From Terriglobia bacterium (lineage in GTDB: Bacteria; Acidobacteriota; Terriglobia; Acidiferrales; 2-02-FULL-67-57), in the NCBI GenBank assembly GCA_046757645.1, contig JBHHYS010000001.1:33793-97792 (forward strand): 64,000 nt of DNA. Reading direction: 5' to 3'. A program made the translations under genes and the position numbers. The notes under the pieces are model-generated. The model worked only from the letters and a program-made list of their open reading frames with translations, searched no databases and was not told the DNA's origin. Positions 63,496 to 64,000 of this stretch are shown here, in pieces; the first letter of the stretch is position 1; the number at the start of each line of letters is the position of its first letter.

Positions 63496-64000
63496 CTAGG
63501 CGGTGACGGCCGGCCGCACCACCTCTTGCAGGGCGCGGAGGGCGCGCTCGACCCCTTCCTCGCTCACGTCGTAGTGCGTCACCATCCGCATGATCGTGGG
63601 GCTGATGGCACCGACCAGCACGCGGCGCTCCTTCAGCTTGTCGGCAATTTGGTAGGCATCGAGACCGGTTCCGGAGACGTCAAAGACTAGGATGTTCGTC
63701 TCCACTTCTTCGGGGTTCAGGCGGATGCCGGGAATTTTCGCCAAGCCCTGGGCGAGGCGCTTCGCCTTGCGGTGATCCTCGATGAGCTGCGCGGGCCCTT
63801 TTTCCAGGGCCACCAGCGCCGCCGCGGCCAGCACGCCCGCCTGGCGCATTCCCCCGCCGAACATCTTGCGATAGACGCGCGCCTTTTCGATGAAGTCCTG
63901 CGAGCCCAGCACCAGCGAACCCACCGGCGCCCCCAGAGCCTTCGAGACACAAAACATAATGGAGTCAACTTTGCGAGTGACCTCGGCGACCGACTTGCCC
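63496..64000 (-). CDS. ltaE: low-specificity L-threonine aldolase, C-terminal part (5' end beyond the window)
   Basis: ..DSIMFCVSKALGAPVGSLVLGSQDFIEKARVYRKMFGGGMRQAGVLAAA.. contains the PLP-Lys motif SK(A/G)LGAP. The frame is open to 64000. Confidence 0.85.
   Translation of the reverse strand, partial: GKSVAEVTRKVDSIMFCVSKALGAPVGSLVLGSQDFIEKARVYRKMFGGGMRQAGVLAAAALVALEKGPAQLIEDHRKAKRLAQGLAKIPGIRLNPEEVETNILVFDVSGTGLDAYQIADKLKERRVLVGAISPTIMRMVTHYDVSEEGVERALRALQEVVRPAVTA

Overview
High-GC (about 65-72% in the stretches I counted) bacterial chromosomal segment, densely packed with housekeeping genes on both strands. Gene content and repeat types look Acidobacteriota-like, but that is inference only. 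Core content: a CPA1 antiporter, two M20 peptidases, a LytTR response regulator, cspA, PolX, the methyl cycle (metK, ahcY, and mtnP further on), tldD/pmbA, a polyamine cluster (speB, a deoxyhypusine-synthase-like gene, pdaD), glnA-glnE, a TCA supercluster (acnA, icd, mdh, sdhCDAB), a 5'-nucleotidase, inositol-3-phosphate synthase, accA, dnaE, a CCA/poly(A) polymerase-family enzyme, xerD, murJ, lpxD, plsC, an acd-meaB-mce operon and a partial threonine aldolase. I recognised no rRNA, tRNA or CRISPR array. The unusual signal is four small low-GC (about 43-52%) insertions sitting in intergenic gaps of core operons. (A) Between icd and mdh lie a small membrane protein and an orphan Ser1 HslV/proteasome-beta-like Ntn hydrolase. 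Each ORF is followed by a related imperfect palindrome bounded by RYYYAAC...GTTRRRY, which is integron attC-like; no integrase is in the window. (B) A SIR2-like (defence-type NADase fold) gene lies antisense between sdhA and sdhB and is interrupted by an in-frame TAG. (C) A 59-aa ORF plus a HARE-HTH/restriction-endonuclease-like protein lie between the 5'-nucleotidase and INO1. (D) A 150-aa PD-(D/E)xK/QxxxY mini-nuclease lies directly behind mtnP. Further oddities: an in-frame TAG in an M20 peptidase, 1-nt frameshifts in sdhB and in a TonB-C protein, TAG as the majority stop codon (about 60% of my calls), and a cspA leader with a near-consensus promoter followed by an intrinsic-terminator-like hairpin. 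All functional calls come from reading the translations for motifs; no database search was run.
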